NCBI GenBank assembly: GCA_016213015.1
Contig: JACRCE010000063.1
Span: forward strand, 39-64,038
Direction: 5' to 3'
DNA length: 64,000 nt
From: Deltaproteobacteria bacterium
Lineage (GTDB): Bacteria > Desulfobacterota > GWC2-55-46
Shown: positions 26,221 through 35,421 of the stretch, piece by piece
Numbering within the stretch: position 1 is the stretch's first letter
Layout of the letters: each line of letters begins with the position of its first letter
Notes under the pieces: model-generated
Databases searched by the model: none
What the model was told of the DNA's origin: nothing
The model's input: the letters and a program-made list of their open reading frames with translations, nothing else
Program-made: the position numbers and the translations under genes

Positions 26221-29061
26221 ATGCCCTTATCGTTAAACGAAATCAAAGACCGGGCGAACGCCTTCTCCCGCGAGTGGGAGGGCGAACGTTCCGAGAAGGC
26301 CGAGGCCCAGACCTTCTGGAACGATTTTTTCAACGTCTTCGGCGTAACAAGGAGGCGCATAGCGAGCTTTGAAGAGCCGGTTCAACGGGCGAGGAGTCGT
26401 TTTGAGGCAACGGGCGGAAAAGGCGGCTTCATAGACCTTTTCTGGCGCGGTACGCTTATCGCCGAGCACAAGTCTCTGGGGCGCGATCTCGACTCCGCTT
26501 ACAAGCAGGCGCTTGAATACTTTGAAGGCCTCCCAGACCGCGATCTGCCCCGCTACGTCATAGTGTCGGACTTCGCCCGCATCCGTCTTTACGACCTCGA
26601 TACCGGCAAGCACGATGAACTGCCGCTCAAAGACCTGTACAAGCACATAAAGCTCTTCGGTTTCATCGCGGGCTATGCCACGCAACGGATAACGGCGCAG
26701 GACCCGGTGAACGTCAAGGCCGCCGAGCGCATGGGAAAGCTCCATGACCGCTTGCGCTCCGCCGGTTATGAGGGGCACGTCCTTGAAGTGCTCTTGGTGC
26801 GCCTCTTATTCTGTCTCTTTGCCGAGGACACCACGCTCTTTGAGCCGCTGGGTTCGTTCCGTGATTTTCTTGAGAATAACACAAGCGAAGACGGCGCGGA
26901 CTTGGGGCCGCAACTATCGCTTCTCTTTCAGGTGCTCGATACCGTTGAGGGCAAACGCCAGAAGGGGCTCGATGAGACGTTCGCCGCGTTCCCTTACGTG
27001 AACGGGCGGCTCTTTGAAGAGACTCTTCCCATATCCGCATGCGACAAGACGATGCGCGCCCTGCTCCTCGACTGTTGCGGCCTCGACTGGGGGCGCATAT
27101 CTCCTGCCATATTCGGCGCGCTATTCCAGTGCGTCATGGACGAGGAAGGCTCTGCCCGGCGAAGAAACCTCGGCGCGCACTACACCAGCGAAGAGAACAT
27201 CTTAAAGCTCATCAAGCCCTTGTTCCTCGACGGCCTTTATGCCGAGTTCGAGGCCGCAAGGCGCAACACCAACAAGCTCTTTGATCTGCACAAAAAAATA
27301 TCGCGCTTGAAATTTCTCGATCCCGCCTGCGGGTGCGGAAACTTCCTTGTCATCGCTTACCGCGAATTGCGATTGCTTGAGCTTGAAATCCTCCGCTCCG
27401 TCCGCGCAACGGGTCAGAGGCATATTGATATATTCCAGCTCGTGCAGGTGAACGTGAACCAGTTCTACGGCATAGAGATAGAGGAGTTCCCGGCCCAGAT
27501 CGCGCAGGTCGCGCTCTGGCTCACGGACCATCAGATGAACATGCGCGTTTCCGAGGAGTTCGGCCAGTACTTCCGCAGACTGCCGCTCGTCAATTCGGCC
27601 TCCATCCGTTGCGCCAACGCCCTGCAACTGGACTGGAACGAGGTAATATCCGCTGAGCGGGTGGACTACATACTCGGCAATCCGCCGTTCGTGGGGTCTA
27701 AATTCCTGAACGACTCGCAACGCGAGGACATGGAGCTTGTGTTCGGCAAGGTCAAGGGCGCGGGCGTGCTTGATTATGTTACGGCATGGTATATGAAGGC
27801 CACGCATTATTTGCGCGGCGACGATAAGATTGACGCGCTTCTCGATAATATGCCGTCAGCGCGCAAACCTCCTCGCGAGCGGGTAAAGGTCGCCTTTGTC
27901 TCGACAAACTCAATCACGCAAGGCGAACAGGTGGGCGTAATATGGTCGGAACTGTTAAGGCTTGGGGTAAAAATCCATTTTGCCCATCGCACATTCAGTT
28001 GGAGCAACGAGGCGCGGGGCAAGGCGGCTGTACATTGCGTGATCATCGGTTTTGCCTTGCACGATACCGCCAAAAAGGTTATCTACGATTATGAGGACAT
28101 CAAGGGCAATGCCCATGCCTTGGAGGCGGGGAATATCAATCCGTATCTGGTGGATGCGGTGGATATGGTTTTGGAAAAACAAACAAAACCAATATGCACA
28201 GTACCGGAAATGAAATTTGGAAATCAGCCTATTGATGGCGGCTTCTTACTATTCACTTCTGAAGAAAAAGTAGCCTTTGTAAACGAAGCACCTACTGCTA
28301 AAAAATACTTTAGGCGATTTTTCGGGGCCGAGGAATTTATTAATGGCATTGAACGCTGGTGTCTTTGGCTCAAGAATGCAAAACCTGAAGAATTGCGCGA
28401 GATTCCAGCTATTATGAATAGATTGGAGAAGGTGAGACAATTTCGACTTTCAAGTAAACGTCCCGCGACAAACGCTCTCGCCTCAACACCGACATTGTTT
28501 GCCTTTATCTCCCATCACGAGGGAAAATATCTTCTTGTCCCAAGTGTTTCTTCCGAACGCCGTGCTTATATTCCCATCGGTTTCATGTCGTCAGAGGTAA
28601 TCGCCAGCAATCTGTGTCTTATCATCCCAAATGCCACGCCCTTCCATTTTGGTATTCTCACTTCCGCCATGCACATGGCTTGGGTGCGTCAAGTCTGTGG
28701 GCGGCTTGAAAGCCGTTATCGCTACTCGGCTCAAATCGTCTACAACAACTTCCCGTGGCCGGACAACCCCACGGACAAACAGCGCAAGGCCATTGAACAG
28801 GCCGGTCAAATCGTGCTCGACGCCCGCGCCAAACACCCCGGCTCTTCGCTCGCCGACCTCTACGACCCGGTTGCCATGCCGCCGGATCTTCGCAAGGCGC
28901 ACCAGACGCTTGACAAGGCGGTTGACGTTGCTTATGGCAAAAAGACCTTCACCTCCGACGCCGAGCGCGTTGTCTTCCTCTTTGAGCTTTACCCCAGATA
29001 CACAAGCCTGTTTCCCGGCCCAAAGGTTCGGAAGAAACGCGGAAAGAGTGCGTTGAAGTAG
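26221..29061 (+). CDS. MmeI-family type IIL single-chain restriction endonuclease / N6-adenine DNA methyltransferase
   Basis: 946 aa. The N-terminal D-x9-E-x-K nuclease motif (IDLFWRGTLIAEHK), the central gamma-class methyltransferase with NPPF (LGNPPFVGSKF) and the C-terminal target-recognition region have MmeI-like architecture and length. Confidence 0.8.
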   Translation: MPLSLNEIKDRANAFSREWEGERSEKAEAQTFWNDFFNVFGVTRRRIASFEEPVQRARSRFEATGGKGGFIDLFWRGTLIAEHKSLGRDLDSAYKQALEYFEGLPDRDLPRYVIVSDFARIRLYDLDTGKHDELPLKDLYKHIKLFGFIAGYATQRITAQDPVNVKAAERMGKLHDRLRSAGYEGHVLEVLLVRLLFCLFAEDTTLFEPLGSFRDFLENNTSEDGADLGPQLSLLFQVLDTVEGKRQKGLDETFAAFPYVNGRLFEETLPISACDKTMRALLLDCCGLDWGRISPAIFGALFQCVMDEEGSARRRNLGAHYTSEENILKLIKPLFLDGLYAEFEAARRNTNKLFDLHKKISRLKFLDPACGCGNFLVIAYRELRLLELEILRSVRATGQRHIDIFQLVQVNVNQFYGIEIEEFPAQIAQVALWLTDHQMNMRVSEEFGQYFRRLPLVNSASIRCANALQLDWNEVISAERVDYILGNPPFVGSKFLNDSQREDMELVFGKVKGAGVLDYVTAWYMKATHYLRGDDKIDALLDNMPSARKPPRERVKVAFVSTNSITQGEQVGVIWSELLRLGVKIHFAHRTFSWSNEARGKAAVHCVIIGFALHDTAKKVIYDYEDIKGNAHALEAGNINPYLVDAVDMVLEKQTKPICTVPEMKFGNQPIDGGFLLFTSEEKVAFVNEAPTAKKYFRRFFGAEEFINGIERWCLWLKNAKPEELREIPAIMNRLEKVRQFRLSSKRPATNALASTPTLFAFISHHEGKYLLVPSVSSERRAYIPIGFMSSEVIASNLCLIIPNATPFHFGILTSAMHMAWVRQVCGRLESRYRYSAQIVYNNFPWPDNPTDKQRKAIEQAGQIVLDARAKHPGSSLADLYDPVAMPPDLRKAHQTLDKAVDVAYGKKTFTSDAERVVFLFELYPRYTSLFPGPKVRKKRGKSALK

Positions 29062-29128
29062 TGAAGCCCACTTGCTTGTCCAATATTGTTATTGTCCTAA
29101 GTTACCCCTCCCCGCCTTATCCCCGGCA

Positions 29129-29156
29129 TTGACTTTTGTATATGACTGTCATATAC
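29129..29156 (+). promoter_or_regulatory. Promoter TTGACT-N17-TATACT with an embedded palindrome GTATATGAC-N1-GTCATATAC (probable BrnA autoregulation operator)
   Basis: Seen directly, 10-35 nt upstream of brnT. Confidence 0.45.
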
Positions 29157-29165
29157 TGATAAGGC

Positions 29166-29471
29166 ATGGATACGCTTGACCTTCTTCAGGAATGCACGGG
29201 GTTTGAGTGGGACGCTCACAACGCCGAGAAGAACTGGCGGAAGCACGGCGTCATGCCGTCGGAGTGCGAGCAGATATTCTTTAACCGCCCTCTCGTGGTT
29301 GCGGACGATGTAAGGCATTCCGAGAAGGAAGGACGTTTCTATGCCCTTGGGCATACGGACGGAGACAGAATGCTCTTTGTTGTGTTTACCGTGCGGCGCG
29401 ACAAGATACGGGTAATATCGGCAAGGGACATGAACCGCAGGGAAAGGGAGGCATATAAATCCCATGAATAA
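29166..29471 (+). CDS. brnT: BrnT toxin (DUF497, RelE-like ribonuclease)
   Basis: FEWD..K...N..KHGV N-terminal signature; 101 aa; the toxin gene precedes the antitoxin gene as in BrnTA. Confidence 0.8.
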   Translation: MDTLDLLQECTGFEWDAHNAEKNWRKHGVMPSECEQIFFNRPLVVADDVRHSEKEGRFYALGHTDGDRMLFVVFTVRRDKIRVISARDMNRREREAYKSHE

Positions 29472-29733
29472 GAAAATACCGAAATTCAGGAGCGAGGACG
29501 AGGAAAGGGAGTTCTGGGCAACCCATGACTCCGCTGATTACGTTGACTGGAACAAGGCGAGGCGGGTTGTGTTGCCTGAACTCAGGCCGTCGCTAAAGAC
29601 CATATCCTTGAGGTTGCCGGAGGCGATGATTGAAGAACTAAAGCTCATTGCCCATAAAAAGGACGTGCCCTACCAATCGCTTATGAAGATTTTTTTATCG
29701 GAAAAGATAAACGAAGAGATCAAGGCGCGCTGA
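29464..29733 (+). CDS. brnA: BrnA antitoxin (CopG/RHH-like)
   Basis: 89 aa overlapping brnT by 8 bp; conserved EFW..HDS.DY and C-terminal RHH-like region. Confidence 0.75.
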   Translation: MNKKIPKFRSEDEEREFWATHDSADYVDWNKARRVVLPELRPSLKTISLRLPEAMIEELKLIAHKKDVPYQSLMKIFLSEKINEEIKAR

Positions 29734-29739
29734 CCTCTC

Positions 29740-30144
29740 TTACCCGCCCCTTGCCTCGAACTTCCAGAAATCCGTTGGAGTAAGTATCTTTATCCCGCGA
29801 TAATCCTTTAGGATAAGCAGGTCGTTGTCGCCTGTAACGATGCACACCGCCTTGCCGGCGAGCGCGGCCGCAAGGACGTTGTCGTCGTCCGCGTCGCGGC
29901 AGACTTTTTCAACCAAGCCGTCAGTGCGCGTCATCTCGGCGTTGCCCATGACAAGGGCGACGACGCCCTTAACCTCGGACTTTGAAAAGTGGAATCTGCC
30001 TGAGAGTTTTTCTTCAAGCTCGTCAACTATCCATTGCGACGTGATCATTTCATGTTCGGAGAGGCAATGCTCGAAGACCTCGCTGGAGTTGCCTCTGGCG
30101 ATAAAGGCGGCGATAAGGACGTTCGTGTCGAGGAGCACCCTCAC
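29740..30144 (-). CDS. vapC: PIN-domain toxin (VapC-like)
   Basis: LLDTNVLI.A N-terminal PIN motif with acidic residues at the conserved positions (D..E..D); 134 aa. Confidence 0.8.
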   Translation of the reverse strand: MRVLLDTNVLIAAFIARGNSSEVFEHCLSEHEMITSQWIVDELEEKLSGRFHFSKSEVKGVVALVMGNAEMTRTDGLVEKVCRDADDDNVLAAALAGKAVCIVTGDNDLLILKDYRGIKILTPTDFWKFEARGG

Positions 30145-30359
30145 GAGACCTTTTTGAACACGTCTTCGTCCGTAAAGACTCCAATGCGCCCGGCCTTGGG
30201 CGCCATTATTCCGCGTAGTCTTTGGAACTCCTCCCTCACAAAATACTGGCGCAGGGCCTCGCGCACGATATCGCTTCTGTTGGTGTGCCCTTGCCTTACG
30301 GCCTCGGTCAGCTTCTTCTTAAGCGCCGGAGGAAGGCTTATCGTCATAGTCTGTCTCAT
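30141..30359 (-). CDS. vapB: Ribbon-helix-helix (CopG-like) antitoxin, VapB-like
   Basis: 72 aa immediately upstream of the PIN gene with a 4-bp overlap; TISLPPALKKKL...RSDIVREAL is a typical RHH N-terminus. Confidence 0.7.
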   Translation of the reverse strand: MRQTMTISLPPALKKKLTEAVRQGHTNRSDIVREALRQYFVREEFQRLRGIMAPKAGRIGVFTDEDVFKKVS

Positions 30360-30593
30360 TGATTACACCTCTGTAAGACAATATAATACAGAAGACGGCG
30401 CATGTCAAGCTCGACCGACGTTTAATCCGTGCAGGGTTTTATCGCCGGGCCCTTTTCCATCTCCGCGCAAACCCCAAGCCTTCAAACCCCTTGAAAATAC
30501 GCGCTTATCTCTTGACTCTCCCCGTTAAATAAGTTAACTTCATATATTCACAAATCCGGCAAGCCGGACAACATCGTAAGGACATAAAGCGTC

Positions 30594-32099
30594 ATGGAAA
30601 AGGAAGATAGACCCCCGTTTGAGACACGTGAGGGCAGGAGCGCGGAGTTCAAGAGCCGTCTTGAAAAACTCGCCTCGATGGCCGCTGACGGCATTGATGC
30701 GTACCCGAACGACTTTAAGCCGCTCCATAGCGCAGCCGATATAAACGCTGAATACGGCATGGCGGCCGTTCAGGAGCTTGAGGCAAAGGGCGTGAGCGTC
30801 TCGATTGCGGGCAGGATAATGGCTATCCGCGACTTCGGGAAGGCCAGTTTCATACAGCTTCAGGACAACGGCGCAAGGCTTCAGGCGTATGTCAAAAAAG
30901 ATATTGCCCCCGGCGCTTACGACGTCTTCAAAAGATGCGACATGGGCGACATCGTTGGCGTTACCGGGCGTCTTTTCAGGACAAAGACCAACGAGCTTAC
31001 CGTTGAGGTTCAGACCTTTCGCCTCCTTGCCAAGGGGCTTCACCCTCTGCCTGAGAAGTGGCACGGCCTTACCGACGTCGAGGCAAGGTACAGACAGCGG
31101 TATCTTGACCTGATGGTCAACCCGGAGGTAAGGGACGTATTCCTCAAAAGATGTGCCATCGTCAAGTACATCCGCGACTTTCTGTCCTCACGCGGGTACA
31201 TCGAGGTTGAAACGCCCATGCTTCAACCCATTCCGGGCGGGGCCGCGGCAAAGCCGTTCAAGACCTTTCATAACGCCCTTGGGTGCGAGCTTTACATGAG
31301 GATCGCGCCTGAGCTTTACCTGAAAAGGCTCATAGTCTCCGGCTTCAACCGCGTATTCGAGATAAACAGGAATTTTAGAAACGAGGGGATTTCAACTCAG
31401 CATAACCCCGAGTTCACCATGCTGGAGTTTTACGAGGCATACGCGACTTACGAAGACCTTATCGCGCTTACCGAGGAGATGATAAGCGGCCTTGTAAGAC
31501 ATATACACGGCTCCACGAAGATAAACTATCAGGGCACAGAGCTGGAGTTTGCCTCGCCGTGGCAAAGGATCTCGGTAAAAGATGCCATACTCAAATACTC
31601 CAACGCCTCTGAGGACATATTCGGCGACAGGGACAAGGCGTTCGCGTTCGCAAAGGGGCTTGGCCTTTCCATACCTGACGGTTTGAGCCACGGGAAGGCG
31701 CTCATCGAGATATTCGAGAAGGTGAGCGAGCCGCGTTTTATCCAGCCCACGTTCATCACGCACTTTCCGCTGGACGTGTCCCCGCTTTCAAGAAAGAACG
31801 CGGTTGACCAGTCCGTGGTGGATCGCTTTGAACTTTTGGTGATGGGCAAGGAGATTGCCAACGCATTCTCGGAGCTTAACGACCCCGTTGACCAGCGCGA
31901 GCGCTTTGAGGCGCAGATGAAGGAGAGAGGCGCGGGAGACGCGGAGGCGCACCAGATGGACGAGGAGTTCGTAAGGGCGCTTGAGCACGGGATGCCGCCG
32001 ACGGCCGGAGAGGGCATAGGCATTGACAGGCTCGTGATGCTCCTCACAAACTCGGCCTCGATACGCGACGTCATCCTTTTTCCGGCGCTCAAGAGATAA
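30594..32099 (+). CDS. lysS: Lysine--tRNA ligase, class II
   Basis: 501 aa with the OB-fold anticodon-binding domain and class II motifs 1-3 (FRNEG, GGAAAKPF, GIGIDRLVM). Confidence 0.95.
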   Translation: MEKEDRPPFETREGRSAEFKSRLEKLASMAADGIDAYPNDFKPLHSAADINAEYGMAAVQELEAKGVSVSIAGRIMAIRDFGKASFIQLQDNGARLQAYVKKDIAPGAYDVFKRCDMGDIVGVTGRLFRTKTNELTVEVQTFRLLAKGLHPLPEKWHGLTDVEARYRQRYLDLMVNPEVRDVFLKRCAIVKYIRDFLSSRGYIEVETPMLQPIPGGAAAKPFKTFHNALGCELYMRIAPELYLKRLIVSGFNRVFEINRNFRNEGISTQHNPEFTMLEFYEAYATYEDLIALTEEMISGLVRHIHGSTKINYQGTELEFASPWQRISVKDAILKYSNASEDIFGDRDKAFAFAKGLGLSIPDGLSHGKALIEIFEKVSEPRFIQPTFITHFPLDVSPLSRKNAVDQSVVDRFELLVMGKEIANAFSELNDPVDQRERFEAQMKERGAGDAEAHQMDEEFVRALEHGMPPTAGEGIGIDRLVMLLTNSASIRDVILFPALKR

Positions 32100-32104
32100 C
32101 GGCC

Positions 32105-33358
32105 ATGTCCTATGAACTGTTCATAGGTCTTAGATACCTCAAGGCCAAGAGAAAGCAGACCTTCATATCCGTCATCTCCTTCATATCCGTGCTCGGCATC
32201 ACCGTGGGCGTAACCGCGCTGATAATCGTCCTGTCCGTGATGACAGGGTTCGAGGAAAATCTGAAGGAAAAGATACTCGGCGTAAACGCCAACGTGGTCG
32301 TTACGAGTTTCGGCAAGGGCATACAGGATTATGACCGCGTTACGACTGAGGTCAAAAAGGTAAAAGGCGTAGTCGGCGCCACTCCGTTCACGTACAATCA
32401 GGCCATGCTGAGCGGCCCGTCCGGCGTCATCGGCGCGGTCGTGCGCGGCATAGACTCCAAGACAGCGGGTGATGTTACGGTCCTGCCGGAGCGCGTCAAG
32501 CAAGGCTCCCTTGAAGGGATAGACTCTCCCTTCGAGGCCGGAGCCCCGGGCATAGTCCTCGGCAAGGAGCTTGCAAGAAACATCGGGGCAGGCGTCGGGG
32601 ACATGGTCAACGTCATCTCTCCCACCGGCACAATGACCGTTGCCGGGGCGATTCCGAGGATGGCGGCCTTCAAGGTAGCGGGCATATTCGAGGTCGGCAT
32701 GTACGAATACGACTCGTCGCTGGCCTTTGTCTCCCTTGTCAACGCCCAGAAGTTTTTCAGGCTCTCAGGCGCGGCAAGCGGGGTCGAGGTCAAGGTTATA
32801 GACATATACAAGGCCGGGGAGGTTGCCGCTGAGATAACCACGGCGTTGAAAGGCTCGTACTGGACACGGACGTGGATGGAGATGAACAGGAACCTTTTTT
32901 CAGCCCTGAGGCTTGAAAAGGCCGCTATGTTCATCATACTGACGCTGATAATAGTCGTTGCCGCGCTCAACATAATATCCACGCTCATCATGGCGGTGAT
33001 GGAAAAGGGCAAGGACATAGCGATACTTAAAAGCCTTGGGGCCACGTCAGGCGGCATCATGAGGATATTTATGATAGAGGGGGTAATCATAGGCGTTGCC
33101 GGAACCGCCCTCGGCACGATAATCGGCGTCGGAGCGGCCATGAACCTTGAAAAGATAGTCGCCCTCGTGGAGCGCATATTCCATTTCAAGGTGCTGCCTC
33201 CGAGCGTTTATTACATCGACAAGTTTCCGTCGCAGGTGGAGCCGGCCTTCGTCATAGTCATCGTCGTAATCTCCATAAGCATCAGTTTTCTCGCCACGCT
33301 CTATCCGTCGTGGCAGGCGTCGCGCTTCGATCCGGTGGAGGGTTTGCGCTATGAGTGA
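32105..33358 (+). CDS. lolC: Lipoprotein-releasing system permease (LolC/LolE, FtsX family)
   Basis: 417 aa with four TM helices and a periplasmic domain; LRYLKAKRKQTFIS N-terminus; followed in the cluster by lolD. Confidence 0.8.
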   Translation: MSYELFIGLRYLKAKRKQTFISVISFISVLGITVGVTALIIVLSVMTGFEENLKEKILGVNANVVVTSFGKGIQDYDRVTTEVKKVKGVVGATPFTYNQAMLSGPSGVIGAVVRGIDSKTAGDVTVLPERVKQGSLEGIDSPFEAGAPGIVLGKELARNIGAGVGDMVNVISPTGTMTVAGAIPRMAAFKVAGIFEVGMYEYDSSLAFVSLVNAQKFFRLSGAASGVEVKVIDIYKAGEVAAEITTALKGSYWTRTWMEMNRNLFSALRLEKAAMFIILTLIIVVAALNIISTLIMAVMEKGKDIAILKSLGATSGGIMRIFMIEGVIIGVAGTALGTIIGVGAAMNLEKIVALVERIFHFKVLPPSVYYIDKFPSQVEPAFVIVIVVISISISFLATLYPSWQASRFDPVEGLRYE

Positions 33359-33382
33359 GAGGCAGCCTGAGGGGACAACGCA

Positions 33383-34687
33383 ATGGCCATAGATGCGGCA
33401 ACCGCGTCAATAGTCAAGGACAAGGCCGAGGCCCTTTTCGACAAGGGCAGGTTTTCCGAGGCGTTTGACGCCTACGAGAAGATAAAGCCTTACGGAGATA
33501 AGGACCCTCGCGTCTATCTCAGGATGGGCGATATCGCAAGGAAGCTTGGCGACAACGCCGCCGCCCTATCCTGTTATAAGGACGCAGTGCGGAGCTTTAC
33601 GAAGCTCGGCTTCGTGATCAAGGCCATAGCGGTATGCAAGATAATAATCGCCATCGATCCGGGACAGCAGGGCATACACGATAAGCTGGCGGAGTTGTAC
33701 GCAGGGCAGGGCGCCGTTGCGCCGCCAAAGGCCACTGTCGTTATCGCGTCCCCCGTTGCCGCGCCGGAGCCGGCAGCGGCGCCGGCTCAAGAGCTTCCGA
33801 AGGTTTCAAAGGCAACGGATAAGGCCGAGGATGACGACGATATCGAGGTCATCCAGCCCATGAAACTGCCGCGTGTCCCGCTCTTTTCGGACTTCAACGA
33901 GGAGGAGTTTTTAGCGGTCATCAGGAAGGTGCGCTCGCATGATTTTGCGCCGGGGGAATACGTCTTTCGTGAAGGAGACGCTGGGGATTCCATTTTCATC
34001 ATAGCCGAGGGCGCGGCAAAGGTCATAGGCCGGGCAAAGGACGGCAACGAGGTGAGCCTTGCGACCCTTACCGAGGGGGCGATATTCGGCGAGTTCGGGT
34101 TCTTTTCCAACGCCAAGAGAACCACGGACATCAAGGCCGTTGACTCGTCAACGATCCTTGAACTGACCAAGACCGACCTTGACGAGATAATCAAGAAACA
34201 CAAGCGCGTCGAGGAGGTGCTCTTCAAATTCTACAAGGAGCGAGTCGTGGACAGGCTCATGGGGCTTTCCGACATATTCAGGCCCATAGCCAAGCCGGAC
34301 AGGGCCGAGATACTCTCAAGGCTTCAATTGACGCGGTTTTTGAAGGGAAGCGTCATCGTCAGGGAGGGCGAAAAGGGCGACATCATGTATCTCATCAAGA
34401 CCGGGGCCGTGTCGGTTTGGACCGCGGATAAGGGCGGGAAGGCTCATAACCTCTCCGAATTGAGGGAGGGCGACTTTTTCGGAGAGATAGCCCTTGCCAC
34501 GAGCAGGCCCCGCGTAGCGAACATCACGGCCATTGAAAACACGGAACTGGTGGCCTTCTCGAGGCCGTTGATAAAAGACATCCTCATGAAGTATCCGGCG
34601 GTCAAGGAAGTATTGGAGCGCGTGATCAAGGAGCGGGTTATAGAGTCCGCAAAGGCCAAGGAGAGGTTTTCCTTGGCGCTGGTCTGA
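33383..34687 (+). CDS. Tandem cyclic-nucleotide-binding-domain protein with an N-terminal TPR-like region and an Ala/Pro-rich linker
   Basis: Two cNMP-binding signatures (FGEFGFF...KRTTDIKA and FGEIAL.TSRPRVANITA); no C-terminal HTH detected; sits between lolC and lolD. Confidence 0.75.
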   Translation: MAIDAATASIVKDKAEALFDKGRFSEAFDAYEKIKPYGDKDPRVYLRMGDIARKLGDNAAALSCYKDAVRSFTKLGFVIKAIAVCKIIIAIDPGQQGIHDKLAELYAGQGAVAPPKATVVIASPVAAPEPAAAPAQELPKVSKATDKAEDDDDIEVIQPMKLPRVPLFSDFNEEEFLAVIRKVRSHDFAPGEYVFREGDAGDSIFIIAEGAAKVIGRAKDGNEVSLATLTEGAIFGEFGFFSNAKRTTDIKAVDSSTILELTKTDLDEIIKKHKRVEEVLFKFYKERVVDRLMGLSDIFRPIAKPDRAEILSRLQLTRFLKGSVIVREGEKGDIMYLIKTGAVSVWTADKGGKAHNLSELREGDFFGEIALATSRPRVANITAIENTELVAFSRPLIKDILMKYPAVKEVLERVIKERVIESAKAKERFSLALV

Positions 34688-34706
34688 TTGACGGGGAATA
34701 TAGGCT

Positions 34707-35381
34707 TTGAATCTGATAACCATAAAAGGTCTATACAAGTCCTACGGCGGTGTCGCTAAAAAGGTGGAGGTCTTGAGAGGCATTGACCTCGTCATAAAAA
34801 AAGGGGAGACCGTTGCCATCCTTGGGGCGTCAGGGGCCGGCAAGTCAACGCTCCTGAATATCATGGGCACGCTCGACAGGCCGAGCTCCGGCGAGGTGTC
34901 GTACGGCGACGAGACGGTCTTCAACCGCGACGACGCGCGGCTTGCGGCCTTCAGGAATAAGAATATAGGCTTTGTCTTCCAGTTTCACCATCTTCTGCCG
35001 GAGTTCACGGCGGTTGAGAACGTCATGCTTCCGGGCCTTATAGGAGGTTTGACCAAGGAAGCGGCGTGGACGAGAGCGTCAGCCCTGCTAGATGAAGTCG
35101 GTCTTGCAACAAGGGGCAATCACAAGCCCGGCGAGTTGTCCGGCGGAGAGCAACAAAGGACCGCGCTTGTCAGGGCGCTCATGCAACAGCCGGAGGTCTT
35201 GCTTGCCGACGAGCCGACCGGCAACCTCGACACGAAAACCGGCGACGAGGTATTCGACCTGCTCATGGCGCTCAACAGGGACAAGGGCACGACGCTGGTC
35301 ATCGTTACCCATAACGAAAGACTTGCCTCGCGCCTGCAAAGAAACTTCAGGATGGCCGACGGCCTAATGAGCGAGGTTTGA
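34707..35381 (+). CDS. lolD: Lipoprotein-releasing system ATP-binding protein
   Basis: Walker [18 protein letters not shown] and Walker [12 protein letters not shown]; 224 aa. Confidence 0.85.
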   Translation: MNLITIKGLYKSYGGVAKKVEVLRGIDLVIKKGETVAILGASGAGKSTLLNIMGTLDRPSSGEVSYGDETVFNRDDARLAAFRNKNIGFVFQFHHLLPEFTAVENVMLPGLIGGLTKEAAWTRASALLDEVGLATRGNHKPGELSGGEQQRTALVRALMQQPEVLLADEPTGNLDTKTGDEVFDLLMALNRDKGTTLVIVTHNERLASRLQRNFRMADGLMSEV

Positions 35382-35421
35382 CGCGACGGACCGTTACTAT
35401 TGAAAGGGGCTTATACATCAG

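Noticed and set aside
31529-32503. 324-aa ORF on the minus strand
   Set aside because: It is antisense to lysS and lolC.
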